A stretch of DNA of 54,013 nt from Chitinivibrionales bacterium (GCA_014728015.1 WJMI01000079.1:1-54013); one strand, 5' to 3'. Counted from the stretch's first letter, positions 37,127 to 47,138 are shown. The notes: generated from the sequence alone by a model not told the origin. A program made the numbers and translations.

Positions 37127-38032
37127 CTATTGCTTGATCACCACCCGCGCCGACCGGTTGCCGCCGGAATCGGTTACCCTTATCAGGTACGTGCCCGGAA
37201 GAATGCCCGCCTCAAGCGCCACGCGCCCCTCATGCAACCGCCACCCCGAACGGACTTCCGAGCCGTCCGCCGCAAACACTGCTGCGCGCGCAATGGATGC
37301 ATTCCGGAGTGACACCACCGTGGCATTAGCGAGCCGGCGGACCTCCATGCCGCCGCTTGCGGGATGCGCCCGCGTGCGGCGGCCGGCAGTACCGGTCCCG
37401 ATGAAATCATCGCTCTGCCAGTATTCGGGTTCGTCGAATGTGCCGCCGTTCGAAACCATGATTGCGGTTACGCGAAGTGTTATCGGGTAGTAAAGATTGA
37501 GGTTCGGGTATCCCGCCCAGTTCGACCACATGCATCCCGTACAAATCGGGATCCCGCATCCTTCGCCTTCTTTAACAACCATCTGGGGATAACCTACACC
37601 AAAGTTGTTCCACTGCGCGCTCCCCTGGGGGTATACGAACCATGCGTTGGCCGCCTGGTCGACACGGCGCACGTCACCGGAGGAGTAGAACCAGGTGCAG
37701 GTAACACAAGTATGCCAGATTGTGTTTCCCGACCCTTGGGGATTATCGTTGTTCATGCACAACTGCATGGCCGTTCCCTTCGGCTGGCCTTCGGGCATCT
37801 CATGAATCTCTAGCCGGACATAGATGTGCCCGCTGCTGTAATCGGACCAGTCCGTAGGCACTTCGCTGCCGAACAAAAGGTTGTAATGCGACTGGACCGC
37901 GGCGCCCGCGATGTGATACGGCGGGTTGTCCTGCAAAATGAATTCGAAAAGCGTATCGATGACGACAAACTGGTCTGCATTGGCCCATGCCGCACATGCG
38001 GTAAGTGCAAGGCTAAGCATGCGTAGTTTCAT
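37127..38032 (-). CDS. Secreted protein of unknown function with T9SS C-terminal sorting domain (paralog 2)
   Basis: The start is ATG 38032 (MKLRMLSLALTACAAWANA/DQ). The protein is collinear with paralog 1 throughout, and the CTD is nearly identical (AVFAADGSEVRSGWRLHEGRVALEAGILPGTYLIRVTDSGGNRSARVVIKQ). Confidence 0.8.
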   Translation of the reverse strand: MKLRMLSLALTACAAWANADQFVVIDTLFEFILQDNPPYHIAGAAVQSHYNLLFGSEVPTDWSDYSSGHIYVRLEIHEMPEGQPKGTAMQLCMNNDNPQGSGNTIWHTCVTCTWFYSSGDVRRVDQAANAWFVYPQGSAQWNNFGVGYPQMVVKEGEGCGIPICTGCMWSNWAGYPNLNLYYPITLRVTAIMVSNGGTFDEPEYWQSDDFIGTGTAGRRTRAHPASGGMEVRRLANATVVSLRNASIARAAVFAADGSEVRSGWRLHEGRVALEAGILPGTYLIRVTDSGGNRSARVVIKQ

Positions 38033-38251
38033 CAAATCCCCCGGACTGTTGTGGTTCAAATCGCAACATCGATAATATAAGAGGACGGAGGTTAGTGCAC
38101 CAACCAACAAGACTTTCCAATTTGGTGTAAAGTCGCCATTCTCGCCAGCTTGGTTTCAGCTCTTCGGCCCCGAGTCCACGAAAACGAATGCATTCAGACA
38201 ACCAATTTATATTCAGACGAAGACCCTGCACCCCCATATCGTAGACCTGCA

Positions 38252-40921
38252 ATGAGTATCCCGAGCAAGCAGAAGCAATCAAGCCGCGCCAAAGCCACCC
38301 CCATGATGCGCCAGTACACGGCGATCAAGGAGCAGAACCCCGGCACGGTGCTTCTGTACCGCATGGGCGATTTCTACGAGATGTTCAACGAGGATGCGAA
38401 AATCGCCTCGCGCGTGCTGGGCCTGACCCTTACCAGCCGCAACCACGGCGGGACCGAGAACACCCCGCTGGCCGGGTTTCCGCATCACGCGCTTGACAGG
38501 TACGCAAACCGCCTGGTTCGCGCGGGATACAAAATCGCGGTCTGCGAGCAGACCGAAGATCCCAAGACCGCCAAGGGCGTGGTCAAGCGCGATGTCATTG
38601 AAGTCATCACCGCGGGGACGGCCACCGAAGACAATTTCATTGACGAAAAGCGCAACAACTTCATCATGGCGGCGGTTGCGGCAAACGGCGAAGCGGGCGT
38701 GGCCATCGCCGACCTGTCAACCGGCGAGTTCTCGGTCGAGGAGGTTCCTGTTTCCCGCCTCGAAGAAGAAATCGTCCGGCTCGAGCCCGCCGAAATGCTG
38801 GTCGCGCAGGGGGAAAACAGCGGCATCGAAGGCATGGTGACGGAGAATTTCCGGCAGGTGTACCTGTCAAAATACGATCCCTGGAAGTTTACATCCGAGC
38901 ACGGCGACGAGGTACTCAAGACTCATTTCGGCATTGCATCTCTTGACGGGCTCGGGCTGGAGGGCTTTTCCCTCGGAATCGGCGCCGCGGGCGCGCTCAT
39001 GTCGTATCTCAAGGAACAGAAAAAGAACGACCTTCGCCATATCACGGGCGTGACACCGCGCGCGCTGAGCGAGTTCGCCGAGCTGGATCCGGCAAGCATC
39101 CGCAATCTCGAGATTCTGCGGCCCATGCACGGTGATGATACGCACGGTACGCTGGTCGCGGTGCTCGACCACACCAGCACTGCCATGGGCGCGCGCCTGC
39201 TCAAGCGCTGGCTCACGCATCCGCTCAAGAGCATCGCGGCCGTCAACGCCCGTCTCGACGGTGTGGCCTGGCTGCGAAGCGATGTGTTTGTACGCGGCGA
39301 GATGGTGGTCCTGCTCAAGGGCGTTGCCGACATCGAGCGGCTCATCGGCCGTATCACGTTCGAGCGCGCCAGCGCCCGCGATTTGGTCAGCCTCAAGGAA
39401 TCCCTGCGGGCATTTCCCCGGATCCGCAAGGCGCTTGAGACGGGATCCGCGAAGCTGCTCGAGAGGATCGGGGAAGCCCTTGACGGGTTCGAGGATATCG
39501 CCGCGCGCATTGACGGCACACTCGTGGACAGCCCGCCGCTCTCTGTACGGGAAGGCGGCCTGGTGCGGCCGGGCGTGTCGGCGGAGCTGGACGAGCTCAA
39601 GGATGCATCGAAAAACGGCAAGCAATGGATAGCGCGACTTCAGGAAACCGAACGCGCGCGCACCGGCATCTCCTCGCTCAAGGTCGGGTACAACAAGGTG
39701 TTCGGGTACTATATCGAGGTCTCGAAATCGAACCTCGCGGCGGTGCCCGGCAACTACGTGCGCAAGCAGACACTGGTCAACGGCGAGCGCTATGTCACCG
39801 AAGAGCTCAAGGACATGGAGGCCAAGGTCCTGGGCGCCGAGGAGCGTCTCAGTGATCTGGAATACTCGGTGTTTGTAAAGCTGCGTGCGGAGATTGCGCA
39901 GTCGTGCGGGCCTATTCAAAAGGCCGCCGAGGCGATTGCCACGCTCGACTGCCTGGTATCGCTGTCGGTGGCCGCGGCCGAATACGGCTACACCCGTCCC
40001 GTACTTCAAGAGGGCACGGAATTCGCCGTGCATGACGGGCGCCATCCGGTGGTCGAGCGCATGAGCGAGACCGAGCAGTTCGTGCCCAACGACACCGCCA
40101 TGGATGCCGAGGCAAACCAGATACTGCTGATCACGGGCCCGAACATGGCCGGGAAGTCGACGTATCTCCGTCAGAACGCACTCATTGCCATCATGGCGCA
40201 GATGGGGTCTTTTGTCCCGGCCGCCAGCGCGCACATCGGGGTGATCGATCGCTTTTTCACGCGCGTGGGCGCATCCGACCGACTTGCGCGGGGCCAGAGC
40301 ACGTTTCTGGTCGAGATGATCGAGGTCGCCAACATCCTCAACAACGCCACCGACAGGAGCCTGGTGCTTCTGGACGAAGTCGGCAGGGGAACATCCACGT
40401 TCGACGGCATCAGCATTGCGTGGGCTGTCGCCGAGTTTCTGCATCAGGCTGAAGGGCGCCGGGCGCGCACGCTGTTCGCCACGCACTATCACGAGCTTAC
40501 CGAGCTGGCGCTCTTGTTCCCGCGTATCAAGAACCTTCACATACGAGTCAAGGAATGGAACGACCGGATCATATTCCTGCGCACGATCGGCGACGGGAGC
40601 TGTGACCATTCCTACGGTATCCAGGTGGCCCGGCTGGCGGGCGTGCCCAGGGAGGTCATCATCCGCGCCAAGGAGATTCTCGCCAACCTGGAGAACATGG
40701 AACTCACCCCGGACCACAAGCCGGTGCTTGCGCGTCATCACGACGACCGCCGGCGGGACGAGCGGCCCGGGCAGACGAGCCTGCTTGACGGGGTGCAGAT
40801 GAACCTGCTGGACACCACCGGCGGCGAAATCGTCGAGCAGCTCCGCGCTCTCGACATCAACGGATTGACCCCGCTCGATGCGCTCAACATACTTGCCGAA
40901 ATGAAAAAGAAGGCGGAATAG
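38252..40921 (+). CDS. mutS: DNA mismatch repair protein MutS
   Basis: MutS motifs are TPMMRQYTAIKEQNPGTVLLYRMGDFYEMF and the Walker A GPNMAGKST. The start is ATG 38252; the track start 38150 is an extension. Confidence 0.97.
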   Translation: MSIPSKQKQSSRAKATPMMRQYTAIKEQNPGTVLLYRMGDFYEMFNEDAKIASRVLGLTLTSRNHGGTENTPLAGFPHHALDRYANRLVRAGYKIAVCEQTEDPKTAKGVVKRDVIEVITAGTATEDNFIDEKRNNFIMAAVAANGEAGVAIADLSTGEFSVEEVPVSRLEEEIVRLEPAEMLVAQGENSGIEGMVTENFRQVYLSKYDPWKFTSEHGDEVLKTHFGIASLDGLGLEGFSLGIGAAGALMSYLKEQKKNDLRHITGVTPRALSEFAELDPASIRNLEILRPMHGDDTHGTLVAVLDHTSTAMGARLLKRWLTHPLKSIAAVNARLDGVAWLRSDVFVRGEMVVLLKGVADIERLIGRITFERASARDLVSLKESLRAFPRIRKALETGSAKLLERIGEALDGFEDIAARIDGTLVDSPPLSVREGGLVRPGVSAELDELKDASKNGKQWIARLQETERARTGISSLKVGYNKVFGYYIEVSKSNLAAVPGNYVRKQTLVNGERYVTEELKDMEAKVLGAEERLSDLEYSVFVKLRAEIAQSCGPIQKAAEAIATLDCLVSLSVAAAEYGYTRPVLQEGTEFAVHDGRHPVVERMSETEQFVPNDTAMDAEANQILLITGPNMAGKSTYLRQNALIAIMAQMGSFVPAASAHIGVIDRFFTRVGASDRLARGQSTFLVEMIEVANILNNATDRSLVLLDEVGRGTSTFDGISIAWAVAEFLHQAEGRRARTLFATHYHELTELALLFPRIKNLHIRVKEWNDRIIFLRTIGDGSCDHSYGIQVARLAGVPREVIIRAKEILANLENMELTPDHKPVLARHHDDRRRDERPGQTSLLDGVQMNLLDTTGGEIVEQLRALDINGLTPLDALNILAEMKKKAE

Positions 40922-40934
40922 GGACGCGCGACGC

Positions 40935-40957
40935 CGGCGGGGTTCCGCGGCCCGCCG
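40935..40957. terminator. GC-rich hairpin between the convergent mutS and 40985 genes (no U-tract)
   Basis: CGGCGGG-gttccgcgg-CCCGCCG forms a 7-bp stem. It lacks a T-run, so function as a terminator is uncertain. Confidence 0.25.
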
Positions 40958-40984
40958 CGCTGTGCGAGACAACGGCGCGCGCGG

Positions 40985-41887
40985 TCAGAAGGTGAATGAC
41001 CAGCCCACTCCCATGGCGCCGATCACGCCCAGGCCGTAGCCGGCGAATGTCAGGATACGGTTCCGGTTGCGGTCCGACTGGGCCTGCTCCCAGTCTTCGC
41101 TGGTGTTGTTCACCAGGTTGTCGAAATCCTCGCTGCTGAGGTCTTCGAGCCTGTCCTGCGAATCGCGCCACTGGAGCGTGCTGTAAACGCCCAGACCGGC
41201 GCCGCCGAGCAGCACGCCCAGGCCGGCGAAACGGAACGTGTTGCGTTTCGGCGCGGCCGGGTCCTTGAGGATCTTAATAGGCACCCCGTCAACCGTGGCA
41301 TCCTTGAGGGAAAGCTCATACGTATACGGCCCGTCAGCCACCAGGTGCTCTTCTCCTTCGATCACGAGATTGGTCTTGCCGTTGTTCGCGAACACACCGC
41401 CCACGATCTTGATGAATTTCGTTTCGGAGATAATCCCGTACACCGAAAAGAACAGTTTGCAGTGTTCCAGGGTCGAGCCGATGGCATTCCCGTGGATATA
41501 GATGCCGTTCCAGTCGTAGGGATTGGGATACATGGTGCTGGCGGGGTTGTAATCGCGATCGAACTCCGACGTAAATACGACCGGCCGGCTGGTCGTGCCT
41601 TGCGCCACCAGCCGTCCCTGCACGTGCAGCCCGGTGAAATTCTTGAACAGGAACACGGTCCCGGCCTCGATAGTTACCATTCGGCCGGCAGGCACCTCGA
41701 GGTCGGCAACGACCAGGTACGGACCTTTCGCCGCCTCCACGATGCGCGGAAGCGGACCGGCCAGGGTCTCAAACTGCATTTCAGGCCCGGGTTCTTCCTG
41801 GCTGCGCTTTGCCCGCGCGGGCCCGAAGGCGATCATGAGGGTGAGTCCCGCGCACAGGGCATGCCGGCATACGGTGATGTTTCCCAT
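40985..41887 (-). CDS. Exported hypothetical protein with two C-terminal TM helices, co-transcribed with the Ser/Thr kinase
   Basis: The start is ATG 41887, 5 nt after the kinase stop. The signal peptide is LCAGLTLMIAFGPARA. The C-terminus carries the hydrophobic segments FAGLGVLLGGAGLGVYSTL and FAGYGLGVIGAMGVGWSFTF. Confidence 0.65.
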   Translation of the reverse strand: MGNITVCRHALCAGLTLMIAFGPARAKRSQEEPGPEMQFETLAGPLPRIVEAAKGPYLVVADLEVPAGRMVTIEAGTVFLFKNFTGLHVQGRLVAQGTTSRPVVFTSEFDRDYNPASTMYPNPYDWNGIYIHGNAIGSTLEHCKLFFSVYGIISETKFIKIVGGVFANNGKTNLVIEGEEHLVADGPYTYELSLKDATVDGVPIKILKDPAAPKRNTFRFAGLGVLLGGAGLGVYSTLQWRDSQDRLEDLSSEDFDNLVNNTSEDWEQAQSDRNRNRILTFAGYGLGVIGAMGVGWSFTF

Positions 41888-41892
41888 GGGTG

Positions 41893-43713
41893 CTATCCTT
41901 TGTTCTTTCGGTACAGTTCTCCGATGCGCTGTGTCTCGCTGACGGCTTTCTTGTTGTACGCGTGCTCGGGCGAAGACCGCAGCTCGGTGCGGACTTGAAA
42001 CCATGCATCGAGCGCGCTCTTGTAGTTGTGCTCCGACGGTTGCCGGTCGAACGCGGCGGTCGCGCAGAGCGCCTTGTAATAGTATACGTCGCGCCGGAGC
42101 TTGTCCGAGTCGATAAACTGCCGCGGCGACCGCAGCGCGCGGTCGAGAAGCTGTTCCGCCTCGGCGTAGCGTGATTTGCGGAAGGCGACTTTCGCTTCCT
42201 GGAGATGCACTTCCGCATCATCGACGGCATGCGATGCAAGAAACCTCTCGAGCTCGGCGGTGTTCCCGAGCGCCGCGAGCGCGCGCATGTTGTAAATGAC
42301 CGCCTTGGTCGAGCGGGCGAGGCCCGCCGGCATCTGTTTGTATACCATTGATGCGTTGAGGTGGTTGCCGCGGCCGGCTTCGGCGACCATAATTTCCAGA
42401 AGATCGTCTGTGCCGTGCCGTTCTGTCATTTTCTCGGTGAATGTCTTGGGCTTCCGCGCCGGGGCGGGGGCCGGCCGGGCTTTTCTGACCGATACCTGCT
42501 GTGGCGCGGCCGCCGCGGGCCGGGGAGCCGGCGGCGGCTCCGGTTCTTTTTCCCGCAGTGCCGCGCGGGCCTCTTCTCGCGCCTTCTGCGCCGCTATTTT
42601 CGCCTCTTTCTCCTGGCGCGCCGCCTGGATAGTGCGCGTAATGAGCCCGGCGCCAAGAAGGCCGAAGGCGACCACGAGCACGGCGGCGATCGCCCGAAGC
42701 GGCAGACGGCGGCGCGTGGCGACAACGATCTTTTCCGCCGGCGAAGTCGTTACGAGCTGTTTGATAACCTGGTCCGGCGTGTCCAGTGTGAGGCTCTTGT
42801 GGAGCTTCTCCAGCTCGTTGAGCAGCAGCGCGGCCGAGGCGATTCGCTTGTCACGGTCGTGGACCATGCACCGGTGGATGAGCCGTTTGAGCCGAAGCGG
42901 GATCTTGATCGCGAATTCGTCGAGCGGCTTGTACTCGTTTCTGATCTTGTTCATCATGAGCTTCGAGACATTCCGTTCGGGGAACGCCTGAACGCCCGTG
43001 AGTGCCTCATACAGGGTGGTGCCGAGAGAATAGATGTCGGTCCGGATATCAGGCTCTTTGCCGTCAAGCTGCTCCGGCGACAGGTACTGCATGGTACCCA
43101 GGATCGAGCCGTCGGTGGTATGAATGGATGCATCGGTGGGGCGGGCGATACCGAAATCCATAAGCTTCACGGCGCCGTCCTTGCACACCATGATATTGCT
43201 GGGCTTGAGATCGCGGTGAATGATACCGTGGTACTGTTTCCCGTAGATGACATACACCTGGTTGTGCGCATACTTGAGGGCCCGGCTTATCATGATGCCG
43301 ATAGCGGTACATGCGGTGATGGGAAGCGCGCCGCGGTCGTATACCAGGTTCTCGAGGGTGTACCCGTCGATTTTTTCCATCTCGATGAGCGGGAGACCGT
43401 TCCATTGGCCCACGCCGTGAATCTCGATAATATTCGGGTGATGCAGCTTCGCGGTGATCTTGATCTCGGTCTGGAACCGCTGCTTGGACTCGTCGCTGCA
43501 GTTGGGGTGGAGGAGCTTGACCGCGCGGTGGACCTCGAGCTGGGAATTCCAGATTTCGTAGACATTCGCCATGCCGCCTTCGCCCAGAAGCGCGGTGACT
43601 ACGCCGGAGCCCAACGGGATTGGCTTGCGTCCGTCAGGAAGTATGATGGCGCTTCGGAACTGCGTGGGGGCAGCGCCGGGCTCCGGCCGGGGATTGTCTT
43701 TGGTATCTTGCAT
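41893..43713 (-). CDS. Membrane-anchored Ser/Thr protein kinase with extracytoplasmic helical (TPR-like) domain
   Basis: Hanks kinase motifs are GEGGMANVY, AVK, HRDLKPSNIMV, DFGIAR and SPEQ. A single TM segment (AIAAVLVVAFGLLGAGLI) and a Pro/Ala-rich linker follow. Confidence 0.9.
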   Translation of the reverse strand: MQDTKDNPRPEPGAAPTQFRSAIILPDGRKPIPLGSGVVTALLGEGGMANVYEIWNSQLEVHRAVKLLHPNCSDESKQRFQTEIKITAKLHHPNIIEIHGVGQWNGLPLIEMEKIDGYTLENLVYDRGALPITACTAIGIMISRALKYAHNQVYVIYGKQYHGIIHRDLKPSNIMVCKDGAVKLMDFGIARPTDASIHTTDGSILGTMQYLSPEQLDGKEPDIRTDIYSLGTTLYEALTGVQAFPERNVSKLMMNKIRNEYKPLDEFAIKIPLRLKRLIHRCMVHDRDKRIASAALLLNELEKLHKSLTLDTPDQVIKQLVTTSPAEKIVVATRRRLPLRAIAAVLVVAFGLLGAGLITRTIQAARQEKEAKIAAQKAREEARAALREKEPEPPPAPRPAAAAPQQVSVRKARPAPAPARKPKTFTEKMTERHGTDDLLEIMVAEAGRGNHLNASMVYKQMPAGLARSTKAVIYNMRALAALGNTAELERFLASHAVDDAEVHLQEAKVAFRKSRYAEAEQLLDRALRSPRQFIDSDKLRRDVYYYKALCATAAFDRQPSEHNYKSALDAWFQVRTELRSSPEHAYNKKAVSETQRIGELYRKNKG

Positions 43714-43919
43714 TATATCAGTGCGTTACTATGGCACACTACAAACCCTCCCGCGCCGGTCCGCTGGCGGTCTCGCGCGGGCCCACCGATTCACTGATCT
43801 TATCATAGGACGCATTGCGGCGCAATGGTTTTTTGAATTAGGGCTTGCGCTGAAACCTTCGGGATCGTAACTTTATATACCTTTTTATCCGGTTTGGCCA
43901 ACGGTTAGGTGAGGCGGCC

Positions 43920-45425
43920 ATGGCAAAGATCCTCGACGGTGTCTCGCGAACGTTTTCTGAGTACCTCCTTGTCCCGCGCCTGACGAAGCGGCAGCACATA
44001 CCGGCAAATGTCTCCTTGCGGGCGCCGATCGCCAAGTTCGACGGCACGGCGGAGCCCCGCCTGAGCCTCAACCTGCCGTTTGTCTCGGCCAGCATGCAGT
44101 CCGTGTCCGGTGTGGACATGGCAATCGCCCTGGCCCGCCAGGGGGCCCTGGCGTTTGTCTATTGCTCGCAGCCGGTGGAGAAACAGGCCGAGATGATCTC
44201 GCGAGTCAAGCTGCACAAGGCGGGGTTTGTCGCATCCGATTCGAATGTCAAGCCGGATGCCACGCTGGCCGAGGCCATCGCGATTACAAAAGCCACCGGC
44301 CACTCGACGGTGGCGGTCACCGACGACGGCACCAGCAAGGGGACATTCGTCGGGATTCTCACCGACAAGGATTTCTGGGAGTTCGAGGACGACCTCAACG
44401 ATCCGGTCTCCGCGTACATGACGTCGGTGGAGCACGTGGTCCACGGGACCGAGGGCATGTCGCTCGACGAAGCCAATGCCATGCTTCGCAAGCACAAAAA
44501 AGAATGCCTCCCGATTCTCGACAAGAAGGGGCGGCTTCAGTCGCTGGTCTTCAAGAAAGACTATGTCGACCACCGGAAAAACCCCAACGAGCTCCTGGAT
44601 GCCCAGAAACGGCTCGTGGTGGGCGCGGGCATCAACACGCACGATTACCGCGACCGCGTCCCCGCCCTGCTCGAGGCCGGGGCCGATGTTCTCTCGTTCG
44701 ATTCTTCAGACGGCTACTCCGAGTTCCAGAGAGAGGCGGCCCGGTGGATACGCGAGCGGTACGGTGATGCCGCCGTGCTCGGGGGCGGCAATGTGGTGAG
44801 CGGCGAGGCGTTCGACTATCTGGTGCGGGATGCGGATGTAGACTTTGTCAAGGTGGGCATCGGCGGCGGATCGATATGCATCACGCGGGAGCAGAAGGGA
44901 ATCGGCCGCGGGCAGGCGAGCGCGCTGCTCGACGTGATCGCCGCGCGCGATCGCCATCTCGAAAAGACCGGCGTCTATGTGCCGGTATGCTCCGACGGCG
45001 GGCTGGCCAACGACACCCAGATAATTCTCGCCCTGGCCATGGGCGCCGACCTGGTCATGATGGGGCGGTATTTCGCCATGACCGACGAAAGCCCCACTCC
45101 GCGGGTGTCTATCGGCGGGCGCGTGTACAAACCCTACTGGGGCGAGGGCTCCAACCGTGCGCGCAACTGGCAGCGCTACAGCACCACCGGCGAATGGCGT
45201 TTCGAAGAAGGCATCGATGCGTACGTGCCGATTGTCGGGCCGGTGAAAGACGTACTCGGCGTGACCAGCGCCAAGCTGCGATCGACCATGTGCAACATGG
45301 GCGCATCCACACTCCGCGAGCTGGCTGAAAACGTCGTGCTGACCCGCATTTCCGAGCAGTCGTTTGTAGAAGGGGGCACGTCCAATGTCCTGTCCCTTGA
45401 CAAAGACCAGCCGCAGGAAGTGTAG
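43920..45425 (+). CDS. guaB: IMP dehydrogenase family protein with CBS pair
   Basis: The catalytic loop is GIGGGSICITRE, and a CBS-like insert and TIM-barrel pattern are present. The N-terminal 60 aa diverge from canonical GuaB. Confidence 0.75.
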   Translation: MAKILDGVSRTFSEYLLVPRLTKRQHIPANVSLRAPIAKFDGTAEPRLSLNLPFVSASMQSVSGVDMAIALARQGALAFVYCSQPVEKQAEMISRVKLHKAGFVASDSNVKPDATLAEAIAITKATGHSTVAVTDDGTSKGTFVGILTDKDFWEFEDDLNDPVSAYMTSVEHVVHGTEGMSLDEANAMLRKHKKECLPILDKKGRLQSLVFKKDYVDHRKNPNELLDAQKRLVVGAGINTHDYRDRVPALLEAGADVLSFDSSDGYSEFQREAARWIRERYGDAAVLGGGNVVSGEAFDYLVRDADVDFVKVGIGGGSICITREQKGIGRGQASALLDVIAARDRHLEKTGVYVPVCSDGGLANDTQIILALAMGADLVMMGRYFAMTDESPTPRVSIGGRVYKPYWGEGSNRARNWQRYSTTGEWRFEEGIDAYVPIVGPVKDVLGVTSAKLRSTMCNMGASTLRELAENVVLTRISEQSFVEGGTSNVLSLDKDQPQEV

Positions 45426-45519
45426 GCCCCGCGGCTGCGGCGGCGTACAATAACGCCCGCCCCAATCCGAAATCAAAACGATTCAGCCGAACATGTTCCG
45501 ACTTTTTCAGGAGGCGCGA

Positions 45520-47088
45520 ATGAAGGCAACGAGGTCTATCATGACGGGCGTGGCGATTCTTCTCGCCAGCGCACTCGTGTTCAACTGCAAATTTTCCTTT
45601 GCCGACGACAAACGCCCCAAAGAGGGATCGGTCGAGTTCGGCGCCGCGAGCAGGCCCGATATACAGACCTCCCCGCAATTCGAAGCATTCAAGACCGTGT
45701 TCAGCAATATCGCCGAGGCCGTCATTCCTACGGTGGTCTCGGTCACCTCGACAAAGATCGATACCGTGGTTTATCGCGATCCGTTTTCGCAGTTCTTCTG
45801 GGGAAGCCCGTTCGACGACTGGTTCGGCAGGCCGGGACCGCAGCAGAAACCGGCCCCCGAACGGCAGGAGCGGCGACGGACGACCGGGTTCGGATCCGGG
45901 GTCATCGTGTCGAAGGACGGCTACATACTCACGAACTACCATGTCGTGGGCGATGCCGACGAGATCGTGGTGGAGACCGCTGACGAGCGCGAGTTCGAGG
46001 CCGAGATTGTAGGCGTGGATTCGCTGTCCGATGTCGCGGTGATACGAATCACCAAAGGCGCCAGGGACCTGCCGGTCGCGTTCCTCGGCAACTCCAACGA
46101 CTTGAAGCCCGGCGACTGGGTCATGGCGGTCGGCAATCCGTTCAACCTGTCATCGACGGTGACCACCGGCATTGTCTCGGCCGTGGGCCGTTACACGGGT
46201 GGGATTACCACCTATCAGAATTTCATCCAGACCGATGCCGCGATCAACCCCGGCAACTCCGGAGGCGCGCTTGTCAATGTCGAGGGCGAGCTGGTCGGGA
46301 TCAACACCATGATCTACAGCCGGACCGGCGGGTACATGGGTATCGGGTTCGCCATCCCGATCAACATGGCTAAGACCATCATGGAGCAGCTTATCTACCA
46401 CGGAGAAGTCCGGCGGGGCTGGCTCGGCGTGCAGATCAGTGATATCGACCAGAGCATGAAAGAAGCCCTGGGCCTGAAGAGCAAGAAGGGAGTGCTGATC
46501 AACGATGTGTTCGAGGGGCAGCCGGCCGACAAGGCCGGTATCGAGTCCGGTGATGTCGTGCTGTCCATCGACGGCATCCGGACCGGGAACGCAAACGAGC
46601 TGAAGAACACGGTCGCCAGCATCGCCCCGGGAAAGAAGGTCCCGGTGGAGATTGTTCGGGACGGCAAAAAGAAGACGCTTCACGTGACGCTGGCGCGTCG
46701 CGACGAGGAAAAGATATCGGCCATGCGGACCGGCTCGGAGGAGGACACGCCCGAGGCGGAAGAGCCGGCGGCGGATGCCGATATCGCCGAGAAGCTGGGA
46801 TTCACGGCCGGCGAGCTGACCGCTGAGCTGCGGGAGCGGCTGGATCTCGATCGGGGGACCAAGGGTGTGGTCGTGCTCGAGATCGGTCCGGCCTCGCGGG
46901 CGGCGCGCAAGGGCGTGCGCAAGTTCGACATCATCCACAAGATCAAGGTCAAGGGTGAAGGGGTCGTGAAGGTGACCGGCCTGAAGAGCTTCAGGAAGGC
47001 CCTTGCCGGCGTGAAGACAGGCACGCCCATCATGCTGTACCTTGAGCGTGAGGGAAATTCCTTTTTCGTGGCCTTCAAGACAGAATAG
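45520..47088 (+). CDS. htrA: HtrA/DegP-family periplasmic serine protease with two PDZ domains
   Basis: The catalytic triad context is TNYHVVGDAD, D...V and GNSGGAL. ATG 45520 is preceded by AGGAGG, and a signal peptide is present. Confidence 0.92.
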   Translation: MKATRSIMTGVAILLASALVFNCKFSFADDKRPKEGSVEFGAASRPDIQTSPQFEAFKTVFSNIAEAVIPTVVSVTSTKIDTVVYRDPFSQFFWGSPFDDWFGRPGPQQKPAPERQERRRTTGFGSGVIVSKDGYILTNYHVVGDADEIVVETADEREFEAEIVGVDSLSDVAVIRITKGARDLPVAFLGNSNDLKPGDWVMAVGNPFNLSSTVTTGIVSAVGRYTGGITTYQNFIQTDAAINPGNSGGALVNVEGELVGINTMIYSRTGGYMGIGFAIPINMAKTIMEQLIYHGEVRRGWLGVQISDIDQSMKEALGLKSKKGVLINDVFEGQPADKAGIESGDVVLSIDGIRTGNANELKNTVASIAPGKKVPVEIVRDGKKKTLHVTLARRDEEKISAMRTGSEEDTPEAEEPAADADIAEKLGFTAGELTAELRERLDLDRGTKGVVVLEIGPASRAARKGVRKFDIIHKIKVKGEGVVKVTGLKSFRKALAGVKTGTPIMLYLEREGNSFFVAFKTE

Positions 47089-47138
47089 CACAGGCCGCAC
47101 GCGAGAACCTGCGACAAAGGCGGGGGTTCTTCCCCCGC

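Noticed and set aside
38867-40972. 701-aa ORF on the minus strand
   Set aside because: It is entirely antisense to the unmistakable mutS. Its Arg/Gly/Ala/Pro/His-rich composition is typical of shadow frames in GC-rich DNA, and it carries no recognisable motifs.
42361-43797. 478-aa plus-strand ORF (and 42296..42991)
   Set aside because: It is antisense to the Ser/Thr kinase, whose Hanks motifs are clear. The composition is that of a shadow ORF.
45489-45502. GAACATGTTC palindrome upstream of htrA as a LexA (Cheo-type) box
   Set aside because: The Cheo box is GAAC-N4-GTTC, and here the half-sites are separated by only 2 nt. It overlaps the htrA leader just before the RBS and there is no other support.
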